A DNA stretch of 64,000 bases from Candidatus Omnitrophota bacterium (GTDB taxonomy: Bacteria; Omnitrophota; Gorgyraeia; Gygaellales; Profunditerraquicolaceae): positions 1 through 64,000 of the forward strand of contig JBEKSD010000004.1 of assembly GCA_049517335.1 (NCBI GenBank), written 5' to 3'. Every line of letters starts with the position of its first letter. The stretch's first letter is position 1. Made by a program: the position numbers and the translations under genes. Shown in pieces: positions 42,798 through 52,028 of the stretch. A model generated the notes under the pieces. That model was not told the DNA's origin. It ran no database searches and saw nothing but the letters and a program-made list of their open reading frames with translations.

Positions 42798-43086
42798 GTG
42801 CCTCCAGCATGGGCCTTCGCTTACCCGGAGGAAAGAATGTTATGACAAAATATATCATTCAGCCCGCTCCAGCTGGTTTGATTATTTAATAAGGGTAGGA
42901 TGGAAGAAAAATAAAGCAATGAAGGAAGCGCACAGGAGAGGTATTCAAACCGCCGTTGCCAAGCATTTACTAGAAGATATTGACATCTGGGATAAAAGAG
43001 AAGGGTTTCTGGCAATGGCTTCCGAAATAAGCAGAGTAAGAGTAAATCTTTCTCAAGAAAGCTCAATAAAAAGAAAGGAGGGATAA
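42769..43086 (+). pseudogene. Short ORF or possible frameshifted tail of the giant gene
   Basis: Overlaps the giant gene stop in the +1 frame, has no convincing RBS, and its YDKIYHSA...G...A..EA...AMA pattern resembles an internal giant-protein segment. Confidence 0.35.
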
Positions 43087-43087
43087 A

Positions 43088-43780
43088 GTGCCGACGCAGA
43101 GACGTTATGTAAGATGGGTTTTGCATAAGGACGCAAAGTTTAAGGTAGGCCAGGCCGGTTCGCCTTACATTGATTGCGTAATTACTGATTTAAGTTTTAA
43201 AGGAGCTAAAATCAACACTCATATGAAGCTTCTGCGGGATACTTTTGCGGAGATAAGCATTATTTTGGCTGAAAATGTTGTTTTAAATGTTGAAGCGTGG
43301 ATAGTGTGGCATAAAACGGTAGATGGGATTAATTCCTATGGGGTTTATTTTTCCAAGATACAAGACCATGATAAGGAAAAAATCTACCGTTTTATTTGTT
43401 CAAACTATCCTAAACAATTAAACGAAAAAAGATGGTATGAACCATCGCAAGAAGAAAAGGAGGGTAAGGATATGGAAGACCGCAGGATTTTTCAAAGATT
43501 CTCGGTAGAACGGCCGGTAAGGTTCCTGGATATGGATAGCGGAAGCGAGGGGAAGGCTATGACGCTGGATATCAGCGCTAAAGGGATTGGTTTGGTATCT
43601 AGTTCTGAGCTTAAGCCGCGCGCTGCTTTGGAGATGTGGCTTGAGGTTGCCGATAAAGAGGAGCCTATTTACACGCGCGGAGAGGTGGTTTGGTCTAGAA
43701 AAACAGAATCGGGTAACTTTACAGCCGGGATTAACCTTGAAAAGGCTAATCTGATGGATCTATCAAGGTTATTAAGGTAG
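43088..43780 (+). CDS. Tandem PilZ-domain (c-di-GMP receptor) protein
   Basis: Two RxxxR + DxSxxG pairs (QRRYVR/DLSFKG; DRRIFQR/DISAKG); AAGGAGG RBS before the GTG start. Confidence 0.9.
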   Translation: MPTQRRYVRWVLHKDAKFKVGQAGSPYIDCVITDLSFKGAKINTHMKLLRDTFAEISIILAENVVLNVEAWIVWHKTVDGINSYGVYFSKIQDHDKEKIYRFICSNYPKQLNEKRWYEPSQEEKEGKDMEDRRIFQRFSVERPVRFLDMDSGSEGKAMTLDISAKGIGLVSSSELKPRAALEMWLEVADKEEPIYTRGEVVWSRKTESGNFTAGINLEKANLMDLSRLLR

Positions 43781-43794
43781 CTGTTTTATTTAAG

Positions 43795-43819
43795 AAGGTG
43801 CCGACACTGGCATTTTTTT
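43795..43819 (+). terminator. Probable intrinsic terminator after the PilZ gene
   Basis: GGTGCCG-ACAC-TGGCATT hairpin followed by a T run. Confidence 0.55.
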
Positions 43820-43821
43820 GC

Positions 43822-43850
43822 TTGACCATGCGTTAAACTTATGGTAAATT
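43822..43850 (+). promoter_or_regulatory. Sigma70-type promoter of the sugar cluster
   Basis: TTGACC-17 bp-TAAATT with a TG extended -10. Confidence 0.6.
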
Positions 43851-43936
43851 TAACCCTCATTCCTCATTAAAGAGACTTGATGCGGCGTATTTTGGATGGT
43901 ATACTTAATTTTTTACATTATGGAAGGAATAAGGTA

Positions 43937-45238
43937 ATGTCTGTTAAGAGACTGGTAGGTATTTTTTTGTCTTTATTGATTTTATCAGACTGCTCATCTA
44001 AAGCCCCGGAAGCCAAATCCACAGTCACCGTCTGGCACTGGATGACTGACCGCGAGCCGGCATTCCAGCAATTAGCCAAAAAATATGAAGAAAAAACCGG
44101 AATTAAAGTAAATTTTGAACTCTATGCCCCTTCCGAGGCATATTCCCAAAAAGTCCGCGCCGCAGCGCAGGGCGCAACCCTCCCTGATATTTTTGGAGTG
44201 CTCGGCGAAAAACGCGATTTCGCGTCCTTTATTAAAGCAGGCCACGTTTTAAATTTAACTCCTTATATGAATGAGATGTTGGGCATCTGGAAAAACAGAT
44301 TTTTCAGCAAGGCGCTTGGCGTCGATGAATTCCTCGATGGCAATATTTACAGCGTGCCCGCAGGCATTTATGGCGTGCCCATAGATATCACGACTATCAA
44401 GATGCTTTACAATAAGGACTTATTCAAAGAGCTGGGATTGGATCCAGACCGTCCCCCGGTAACCTTCCAGGAATTTATTCAAACCGCAAGCAAGCTCAAA
44501 GCCAAAAAGGTGCAGGGCCTGGTTTCCGGTTGGAGCGAGCTCTGGTTGATCGACTGTTTTGCCAATAATTACGCCTTTAACATTATGGGCAAAGATAAGG
44601 TCTTGGCAACGATTAGGGGCGAAGTGCCATATATTGACCCTGATTGGATCAGGGTTTTTACTCTCTTTAAAGAAATGCAGGAATCGGGCATTTTGGCCGC
44701 TGGAATAGTGACAATGGGGAATAAAACCGCAGAGCAGCTTTTTGCAACCGGCAAAGCGGCCTTTGCTTTTAACGGTTCCTGGTGCGTGAATGTTTACAAA
44801 GGTATGAACCCGCATTTGAATTACGCGGTAATGCTCCCTCCGAGGGTAACAGACAAAAATCCGATGAGCATCTGGGGAAGCGCAGGCAGCTCTTTTATGG
44901 TCAATGCCCGTTCAAAGAATAAAGAAGAGGCGGTGAAATTCCTTAAATGGCTTACTGATCGCGACCAGCAGGCGTATTTAGCCGAAGCAACTTCAAATTT
45001 ACCGGCGAATAAAGAGTGTTTGGGAGAAATTTCTCCGGTCCTGGCGCAGTTCGCCGATGATATGGAGCTGACCACTCATCCGAATACCTGGGAGGTTTCC
45101 GAATTTCCGTTGGTAATCGAAACATTAGACAGAGGCATTCAGTCGATTATTATCGGAGAAAAAACCCCGGAACAGGTGGCAGCGGAAGTGCAGAAGGTGA
45201 AAGAACGGGAGTCAGCCAAGAAGCGCATTAAACGATGA
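43937..45238 (+). CDS. Carbohydrate ABC transporter substrate-binding (lipo)protein
   Basis: Signal peptide with Cys, VTVWHW, LPDIF, YNKDLF, GKAAF..NGSW; ATG 43937 preferred over TTG 43877 because of the upstream AAGG. Confidence 0.9.
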   Translation: MSVKRLVGIFLSLLILSDCSSKAPEAKSTVTVWHWMTDREPAFQQLAKKYEEKTGIKVNFELYAPSEAYSQKVRAAAQGATLPDIFGVLGEKRDFASFIKAGHVLNLTPYMNEMLGIWKNRFFSKALGVDEFLDGNIYSVPAGIYGVPIDITTIKMLYNKDLFKELGLDPDRPPVTFQEFIQTASKLKAKKVQGLVSGWSELWLIDCFANNYAFNIMGKDKVLATIRGEVPYIDPDWIRVFTLFKEMQESGILAAGIVTMGNKTAEQLFATGKAAFAFNGSWCVNVYKGMNPHLNYAVMLPPRVTDKNPMSIWGSAGSSFMVNARSKNKEEAVKFLKWLTDRDQQAYLAEATSNLPANKECLGEISPVLAQFADDMELTTHPNTWEVSEFPLVIETLDRGIQSIIIGEKTPEQVAAEVQKVKERESAKKRIKR

Positions 45239-46128
45239 AGTTCAAATCTGCTTTAGAAAACTATCTTTTTATCCTCCCGGCCGTTACGATATTTTCCATA
45301 TTCTATATCTATCCCTTTATTCAAATTTTTCATTTAAGTTTTTTTGATTGGGACGGCATCGTTGCTTTTAAGGACGCTACGGCTGTGGGGTGGGGTAATT
45401 TCAAAGAAATAATTTTTGAGGACTCCAACTGGTGGCAGTCAATGCGTAACGCCGGCTATATTACGCTTATTGCCCTCACCTTTCAGAATATCCTGGCGTT
45501 TTTATTGGCTTGGGCCTGCGACCGCGAGATCCGGATGAAGAATTTTTACCGGGTGATATTTTTTATTCCACCGGTACTTTCAGAAATCGTCGTGGGGATG
45601 AGCTGGCGTTTTATCATTAGCGATATTGGCGGGGCAAATGTAATTAACCGGATGTTTACTGCTATCGGCATGCCGAACTTAGTGCACAACTGGTTGTATG
45701 ACCCTAAACTTGTGCTTTCCACGGTTGCTGTTGTGCATTGCTGGAAGGGTTTTGGCTGGGGGTTCCTGATCTTCCTGGCGGGCTTACAGACCATCCCGCG
45801 CGAACTTTACGAAGCAGCGCGTGTTGACGGAGCAAATGCCTGGGAGTCATTTAAGAAAATCACCGTTCCTTTGATGATTCCGGTAATGGTATTAGTCGCG
45901 ATATTGACGGTATTAGGCACGATGCAGGCGTTCGTATTAATCCTCGGGCTTGTGGGTGGAGAATTTGCAGGGCATACCTCTGTGCCGGTGTTAAGGATTT
46001 TGGCTTCCATGCGCAGCTCATCAAGGTTTGGTTATGCCTGCGCACAAGGGATTACCTTTGGCATGATCCTCATCATTATTTCGTTCATACAATACCGTTT
46101 CTCCAGAAGGGCAAAAGCATGGGGATAA
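45235..46128 (+). CDS. Carbohydrate ABC transporter permease (MalF/UgpA-like)
   Basis: LAGLQTIPRELYEAARVDGA EAA motif; hydrophobic helices. Confidence 0.93.
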   Translation: MKFKSALENYLFILPAVTIFSIFYIYPFIQIFHLSFFDWDGIVAFKDATAVGWGNFKEIIFEDSNWWQSMRNAGYITLIALTFQNILAFLLAWACDREIRMKNFYRVIFFIPPVLSEIVVGMSWRFIISDIGGANVINRMFTAIGMPNLVHNWLYDPKLVLSTVAVVHCWKGFGWGFLIFLAGLQTIPRELYEAARVDGANAWESFKKITVPLMIPVMVLVAILTVLGTMQAFVLILGLVGGEFAGHTSVPVLRILASMRSSSRFGYACAQGITFGMILIIISFIQYRFSRRAKAWG

Positions 46129-46973
46129 AAACCACCGTCTATTACAAAACAAAAAAATTTACCCTGAATTTATTGATTCATCTGTTTTTGATAAGCGTTG
46201 CAGTCACCTGCCTTTACCCCTTATTATGGATGGTCTCTGCGAGCTTTAAGACACAGGATGTAATATTCCAGGATATTTCCCTGATACCGCGCCACTTTCA
46301 TTTTGAGAACTATGTCAATGCCTGGCGCGAGGGAGGCTTCGGCCGGAACTTCTTAAACAGTATAGTTTACACGGTTTCCGTTGTCTTCTGTATAGTAATT
46401 GTGGCGTCCTTAGCCGCGTATGCTTTCTCCCGCTTCAGGTTCCGGGGGAGGCTTTTATTGTTTTTTATGTTTTTGGCAGCGATGATGATCCCGGTCCCGG
46501 GAAGTTTTGTTGCGCTCTATGTGCTTTTAAATAAATTGCATTTAAGGAATACCCCTATCGGCTACATCTTATGCATGGTCAACGTCGGCTTATCCGCCAG
46601 CATATTTTTACTTAAAACTTTTTTTGACAAGATGCCTAAAGAATTGGAAGATGCCGCGCGCATTGACGGATGTTCAAAACTGGGGCTTTGGTGGCATGTA
46701 GCTCTTCCTTTGGCAAGGCCGGTTTTGGCAGTTGTGGTGGTATTTAATGCGTTGAATGTATGGAATGAATATATCCTGGCTTTGGTCATTTTTGATTCCC
46801 GCCGCTATATGCCGCTGCAGGTGGCGTTACAGACATTTCAGGGAGAATTTGTGACCAATTATCCGTTGTTGATGGCAGGTCTTACTATCACTGCCCTGCC
46901 TATAATATTGGTGTACCTGTTGATGCAGAAGTATATCGTAAAGGGAGTAACTTCCAGTGCGGTATTCGGATGA
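46119..46973 (+). CDS. Carbohydrate ABC transporter permease (MalG/UgpE-like)
   Basis: MPKELEDAARIDGC, WNEY, QKYIVKGV. Confidence 0.93.
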   Translation: MGIKTTVYYKTKKFTLNLLIHLFLISVAVTCLYPLLWMVSASFKTQDVIFQDISLIPRHFHFENYVNAWREGGFGRNFLNSIVYTVSVVFCIVIVASLAAYAFSRFRFRGRLLLFFMFLAAMMIPVPGSFVALYVLLNKLHLRNTPIGYILCMVNVGLSASIFLLKTFFDKMPKELEDAARIDGCSKLGLWWHVALPLARPVLAVVVVFNALNVWNEYILALVIFDSRRYMPLQVALQTFQGEFVTNYPLLMAGLTITALPIILVYLLMQKYIVKGVTSSAVFG

Positions 46974-47010
46974 AAAAAGTTTATTTAATTGAAAGGAGAC
47001 AGCTTAATTA

Positions 47011-48510
47011 ATGGAACAGCCGACTGCTAAGTCAAAACAAAATACTACAGCTCATAAAGATCGCGTTCCTTTTTTGCAAAAAGCCGCCTACAGTATCGGC
47101 TCGCTTGTTAATCAATTCCAGGCCGCTGCGATCGGGTCGCTGGTTATCGTTCTAAACCTTGGCTTAGGCATGAACCCTGCCTTAGTCGGCCTCATCGGAG
47201 CAATTCCGCGCCTTATTGATGCTTTTTCAGACCCATTGATCGGTTATAGTTCAGACAATACCCGGACCCGCTGGGGCAGGCGTAAACCCTGGATATTCTT
47301 TGGAGCCATTTCTTCTGGGATTCTATTCGCATTGATGTTTCGGTTATACAAGGGCCATACCGAAAGTTTCTATTTTTGGTACTTTTTAATCATCCAATGC
47401 TTCTTTGTCATCTCCTTTGCCTGTTATTCCATTCCATGGATCGCCCTTGGGTATGAAATGACGCCCGATTATCATGAGCGGACCCGGTTACAGGGATTCA
47501 GTAACTTTTTCGCCCAGATTGCCTGGCTTGTCGCACCTTGGTTCTTTAAACTCATGAATAATAAGGCAATGTTCACTGATATTGTTCAGGGGGCACGTTC
47601 CATCGCTATCATGGTAGGCGTTTTTATCGTGGTCGGCGGTATGCTTCCGGCACTCTTTAACAAAGAGTTTTTCGCTAAATTGCGAAGGCCTGAAAAACAA
47701 AAGGGCTATGGTAAAGTCGTAAAAAATCTCTTACATAACTGTGCGAGCTCTTTAAAATGCCGTCCTTTTGTTAAGCTTATCGCCGTAACGTTTTTAATCT
47801 TTAATGGATTTATGCTCGCTTCTGCCTTCACGCTTTATGTTATTGTCTACTATGTTTATGGCGGTGATTGGGGCAAAGGCGGCACATTGCTTGGTTGGTT
47901 TGGGACCGCGAGTTCTGTATTTACTTTGATAGCGATTTCCTTAACCACATGGATCTCCACAAAGATTGGGAAGCGCAAGGCCTTTTTACTTGCCACCTGT
48001 ATTGCTATTTTAGGTTATGCCTTGAAATGGGTGGGTTATAATCCCCACCATCCCTATTTACTGATGATCGCTGTCCCTTTCCTGGCATTTCATTTGGGAG
48101 CGCTCTTTACCATGGTTCCTTCCATGGTTGCTGATGTCTGTGATCTGGACGAGCTGAACTGCGGAACGCGCAGGGAAGGTATGTATAGCGGTATTTACTG
48201 GTGGATACAAAAACTCGGACAGGCAGGCGCGTCGATCCTTGCCGGCGTTCTACTCAATGTGACCGGTTTCAATGTGGCGTTTGGCGCCAACCAGACGCCT
48301 CAAACTTTATTATATATGAGGCTTTGTGATATCGGTATCCCGATTGTGACATCTTCCGTCGCTATTTTCATAATCGCAACTTTTGATATTTCAGAAGCAA
48401 AGGCCTACGACATTCGTTCGCAGGTAGAGCAGCGCAGGGAAGAAAGACGAAAAGAAGAAGCGTGGGTGGAAGAAGATAGGCGCATAATGGAAAGGCGGGA
48501 GCAGGAGTAG
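47011..48510 (+). CDS. MFS glycoside-pentoside-hexuronide (MelB-like) symporter
   Basis: DAFSDPLIG..SD.TRTRWGRRKPW, EMTPDY.ERT, GTRREG. Confidence 0.92.
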   Translation: MEQPTAKSKQNTTAHKDRVPFLQKAAYSIGSLVNQFQAAAIGSLVIVLNLGLGMNPALVGLIGAIPRLIDAFSDPLIGYSSDNTRTRWGRRKPWIFFGAISSGILFALMFRLYKGHTESFYFWYFLIIQCFFVISFACYSIPWIALGYEMTPDYHERTRLQGFSNFFAQIAWLVAPWFFKLMNNKAMFTDIVQGARSIAIMVGVFIVVGGMLPALFNKEFFAKLRRPEKQKGYGKVVKNLLHNCASSLKCRPFVKLIAVTFLIFNGFMLASAFTLYVIVYYVYGGDWGKGGTLLGWFGTASSVFTLIAISLTTWISTKIGKRKAFLLATCIAILGYALKWVGYNPHHPYLLMIAVPFLAFHLGALFTMVPSMVADVCDLDELNCGTRREGMYSGIYWWIQKLGQAGASILAGVLLNVTGFNVAFGANQTPQTLLYMRLCDIGIPIVTSSVAIFIIATFDISEAKAYDIRSQVEQRREERRKEEAWVEEDRRIMERREQE

Positions 48511-48523
48511 GAGAGATTGCAGG

Positions 48524-50836
48524 ATGATAGTGAGATTAAGAAAGCTGTTCATAGCTCATAGTTCATGGTTCATGGTCTTTGCAATAGCAGCTTTTGCTTT
48601 TGCAGAAGATGTTGCATTGCCCTTGAAACAACCTTCCTCCGGCGAGCTGATTAATAAGGCCTGGGAAGCACATGGTAAAGGCGATATCGAGGCGACATTC
48701 AAATATACTCAACAGTGTATCGATATTTATAAAGACCAAGCAGATAAGCTGCAAGCTTCATTAAAGGAGCTGCCGCGCGGCAAAAAAGAAATAGAAACGG
48801 TACAGGCATTAAATGATGTTGCTACAGCTTATTTTATCCAGGGCGAGTCTTATCGTAATCAAGGCAAAAAAGATGAGGCAATTAAAGCCTTTAAAAGCGT
48901 TATCGAGAAATATTCTTTTGGGCAAGCATGGGATCAGCGCGGCTGGTTCTGGCAGGTAGCTAAAACGGCAAAAGAAAGCCTCACTCAACTGGAAGGCGCA
49001 GAAGTCAAACCTGCTGAAGCGAAAATTACTGTAAGCCAAACGCCGACCAAAGTAGTTTTGTATGACCCGGGCGCAGATGGGTTTATCGATTATGCCAAAT
49101 ACGGCGAATTTACAAATGTCGGGACAAAAGATTACAAATATGTAATAAAGGATCAGCAAGGGTTGAGCGCTGCAGCAGGGGAAGGGATTTATCCCAACAC
49201 CACTTCTGTCAGAAGGGACCCTGAATTCAAGAAAGCGCAAAAAGAAAAACGGCTTGAGGGTTCGCAGTGGGATTTTGTGCATTCGCCTGATTTAGAGGCG
49301 GCGTTTTTAAAATGGGCAACTGCTTCTGAGCCGCAAGGGGTACGCCTTTTTTATACTGCAGAAATCTTGGAAAAGTCAGGCTTGATAAAACATGCTATCA
49401 AATGTTATTATGCGATTGTCGTGCATTTTTCCGGCAGTTACGGCTGGACTTATTGGCATACTCCATGGTATTTAGGGCAGGCCGCAATCGCCAAGATAAA
49501 ATACCTTCTAAAAAATAACCCGCAGCTGGGCTACAAATTGGTTGATGCCGACATTAAGATCATAAATGGTTATGACAACGATGTGTCAAATGACGTGGCC
49601 GTAACCAACCCTGGGAAATTCGTAAAGCTGAGCCGTCTCGATAAATCAAGGCCTAAGCCGTCAAAGGGCCCGTTGAGCATTAAAAAACGCAGAGGCAGAG
49701 GCAAAGTCCATCTTTTGCAATACGAGACCGGGGACTGGGAATTGATAGTAAACGGCAAGCCTTATGTGGTCAAAGGTATAACTTATGCTCCGACTAAAGT
49801 CGGTGAATCTCCAGATAACGGCACAATGACCAACTGGATGGAAGATGATTTTAACGCCAACGGAAAAATTGACGGGCCGTATGATTCGTTTGTGGATAAA
49901 AATAAAAATAATATTCAGGATAAAGATGAGCCCGCAGTAGGTGATTTTCAATTAATGAAAGAGATGGGTGTTAATACCATCAGGCTTTATCATCAACCTT
50001 TTGAAGTAAACAAAAAACTTTTGCGTGATATGTATGATAATTACGGCATCAGCGTGATTATGGGGGATTTTTTTGGCAAATATGCTATTGGTTCAGGGGC
50101 TCCCTGGAACCCCGGGACTGATTATAGCAATCCCGAGCAGAGAAAGAAAATGCTTGAGTCGGTGACAAAAATGGTGCTAGAATTTAAAGATGAGCCGTAC
50201 ATTTTATTCTGGCTTCTCGGCAACGAAAATGTTTACGGTTATGGTTGTAATGCCGATAAAGATCCTGATACTTTTTATAAATTTGCCAATGAAGCGGCGC
50301 GACTCATAAAATCCATAGACCCTGATCATCCGGTAGGGGTCAGTAACGGCGATATTTTGTATCTGGATAAATTCGGCAAAGACGCTCCTGATATAGATAT
50401 ATTTTGCGCCAATGCTTATCGCGGGGAATACGGATTTGGTTTTTTATGGAAACAAGTAAAAGAAAATGCCGATATCCCTACTTTGATTAGTGAATATGGC
50501 TGTCCTGCTTATGCGCAAGGAAAAAGCGAAGAAGAAGCAGAAGTACTTCAAGCCGATTATCTTAAGGGAAACTGGTCGGATATAGAAGACAATATGGCGT
50601 TTAAAGGCGGCGCTGGCAATTCCATAGGTGGCATAGTTTTTGAATGGCTTGATGAATGGTGGAAACAGTATGAGCCGTTCATCCACGACACTAAAGGCGT
50701 GGCTATGGGACCGTTTCCTGATGGGTATTACCATGAAGAATGGTTTGGTTTGTGCAGCCAGGGAGACGGAAAGTCCAGCCCGTTCTTGAGGCAGCTGAGG
50801 CAGAGTTATTATATGTATAAAAAGATGTGGAGATAA
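48524..50836 (+). CDS. Secreted TPR + clan GH-A (GH2/GH5-like TIM barrel) glycoside hydrolase
   Basis: Signal peptide, TPR-like N-terminus, MGVNTIRLY, LGNEN (acid/base), SEYG (nucleophile), EWLDEWWK. Confidence 0.8.
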   Translation: MIVRLRKLFIAHSSWFMVFAIAAFAFAEDVALPLKQPSSGELINKAWEAHGKGDIEATFKYTQQCIDIYKDQADKLQASLKELPRGKKEIETVQALNDVATAYFIQGESYRNQGKKDEAIKAFKSVIEKYSFGQAWDQRGWFWQVAKTAKESLTQLEGAEVKPAEAKITVSQTPTKVVLYDPGADGFIDYAKYGEFTNVGTKDYKYVIKDQQGLSAAAGEGIYPNTTSVRRDPEFKKAQKEKRLEGSQWDFVHSPDLEAAFLKWATASEPQGVRLFYTAEILEKSGLIKHAIKCYYAIVVHFSGSYGWTYWHTPWYLGQAAIAKIKYLLKNNPQLGYKLVDADIKIINGYDNDVSNDVAVTNPGKFVKLSRLDKSRPKPSKGPLSIKKRRGRGKVHLLQYETGDWELIVNGKPYVVKGITYAPTKVGESPDNGTMTNWMEDDFNANGKIDGPYDSFVDKNKNNIQDKDEPAVGDFQLMKEMGVNTIRLYHQPFEVNKKLLRDMYDNYGISVIMGDFFGKYAIGSGAPWNPGTDYSNPEQRKKMLESVTKMVLEFKDEPYILFWLLGNENVYGYGCNADKDPDTFYKFANEAARLIKSIDPDHPVGVSNGDILYLDKFGKDAPDIDIFCANAYRGEYGFGFLWKQVKENADIPTLISEYGCPAYAQGKSEEEAEVLQADYLKGNWSDIEDNMAFKGGAGNSIGGIVFEWLDEWWKQYEPFIHDTKGVAMGPFPDGYYHEEWFGLCSQGDGKSSPFLRQLRQSYYMYKKMWR

Positions 50837-50858
50837 AAAAATGGAAGGAGGAGTTGCA

Positions 50859-52028
50859 ATGAGGAAAAGCAGTATTTTTTTGCTGGCGGTGTTGTGCGCC
50901 ATTACCTTTATGGTGCCTGCATTTGCTCAAGAAGCAGTAAAAGGTCAGGAAGCAGCAAAAGGTAAGGAATTTGTAGTATATGCGGATAAAAAATCACCGG
51001 GAAATCATTTTATTCCTTCGGGATGGATGGGAGATACCGGGGATATAAAAATGAACGATCAATCAACGGAAAATCCGCACAGCGGAACTACAAACATCGA
51101 ATTCAGTTATTCCGCCAAAAAATCCCAAGGCCAGGGATGGGCTGGTGTGTATTGGCAAAGCAGCGCTAACAACTGGGGTACTAAGAAGACGGGATTTGAT
51201 TTAACCGGAATGAATAAGCTGACCTTCTGGGCCAGGGGTGCTAAGGGCGGCGAGGTGCTGGCCAAAGTCATGGTCGGCGGACTCAAAGGCACTTACCCTG
51301 ACACGGTAAACGTTGAGGTGGGGCCGATTGAGCTGACTGATACATGGAAGGAATATATGGTCAACCTGGCAGGTAAGGACCTTTCTTACGTAAACGGTGG
51401 ATTCGGTTGGACCACCAATGCTGATCTTAATCCGGATGGCGCTGTTTTTTACATTGATGACATCAAGTTCTCTTACGACCCGGCGCTGAAGCCTGAAGGT
51501 AAAAAGCCGGAAAGCATGCCGCTTTATATTTATTCCGACGCTTCAAGCCCTAAGAATCACTTTATCCCTTCAGGATACATGGGTGATTACAGCGACATAA
51601 AATATGACGGAAGAAGTAAGGAGGACCCGTATCTGGGCGATACCTGCATAAAAATTGTTTACAATAACAAAGCCACTCAAGGGGCGCGTTGGGCGGGCTT
51701 TTTTTGGCAAAATCCCGCCAACAACTGGGGCACCGTTGACGGAGGGTATGACCTTTCCAAGGCAACGAAACTTACCTTCTGGGCAAGGGGCGCTAACGGC
51801 GGCGAGAGGATAGAAGAATTCAAAATCGGCGGCATAATGGGCGAGTTTTCCGATTCGGATTCAGCCGCGATCGGCCCGGTAATCCTGAATAAGGATTGGA
51901 CCCAGTATACGATCGATCTAAAAGGAAAGGATATGTCTTACATCATCGGAGGTTTCTGCTGGTCTGCAAACATTGACAACAATCCCGAAGGTGCGACATT
52001 CTATCTGGATGAGATTAAGTTTGAATAA
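50859..52028 (+). CDS. Secreted protein with two tandem carbohydrate-binding-like (galactose-binding fold) domains
   Basis: AAGGAGG RBS, signal peptide; two repeats NHFIPSG.MGD...WAG..WQ..ANNWG...DL...KLTFWARG...FY.D.IKF. Confidence 0.8.
   Translation: MRKSSIFLLAVLCAITFMVPAFAQEAVKGQEAAKGKEFVVYADKKSPGNHFIPSGWMGDTGDIKMNDQSTENPHSGTTNIEFSYSAKKSQGQGWAGVYWQSSANNWGTKKTGFDLTGMNKLTFWARGAKGGEVLAKVMVGGLKGTYPDTVNVEVGPIELTDTWKEYMVNLAGKDLSYVNGGFGWTTNADLNPDGAVFYIDDIKFSYDPALKPEGKKPESMPLYIYSDASSPKNHFIPSGYMGDYSDIKYDGRSKEDPYLGDTCIKIVYNNKATQGARWAGFFWQNPANNWGTVDGGYDLSKATKLTFWARGANGGERIEEFKIGGIMGEFSDSDSAAIGPVILNKDWTQYTIDLKGKDMSYIIGGFCWSANIDNNPEGATFYLDEIKFE

Noticed and set aside
2324-42745. Numerous 60-190 aa antisense and alternate-frame ORFs inside the giant gene
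   Set aside because: Shadow ORFs of a coding strand with no motifs. The similar ones at 21302-21718, 24140-24484 and 28043-28570 only mirror repeat family B.
21-42797. Giant ORF as NRPS/PKS, RTX adhesin, RHS or a canonical MARTX toxin
   Set aside because: No A/C/KS domains, GGxGxD nonapeptides, YD repeats, MARTX repeats or CPD cysteine protease were recognised.
21-42797. Inteins or diversity-generating retroelement repeats as the processing or variation mechanism
   Set aside because: No Hint-domain motifs or reverse transcriptase were seen, and repeat mismatches are not adenine-specific.
42827-42889. GGAGG followed by ATGs at 42837 and 42842
   Set aside because: They give only 2-aa and 15-aa peptides; no support for a real gene.
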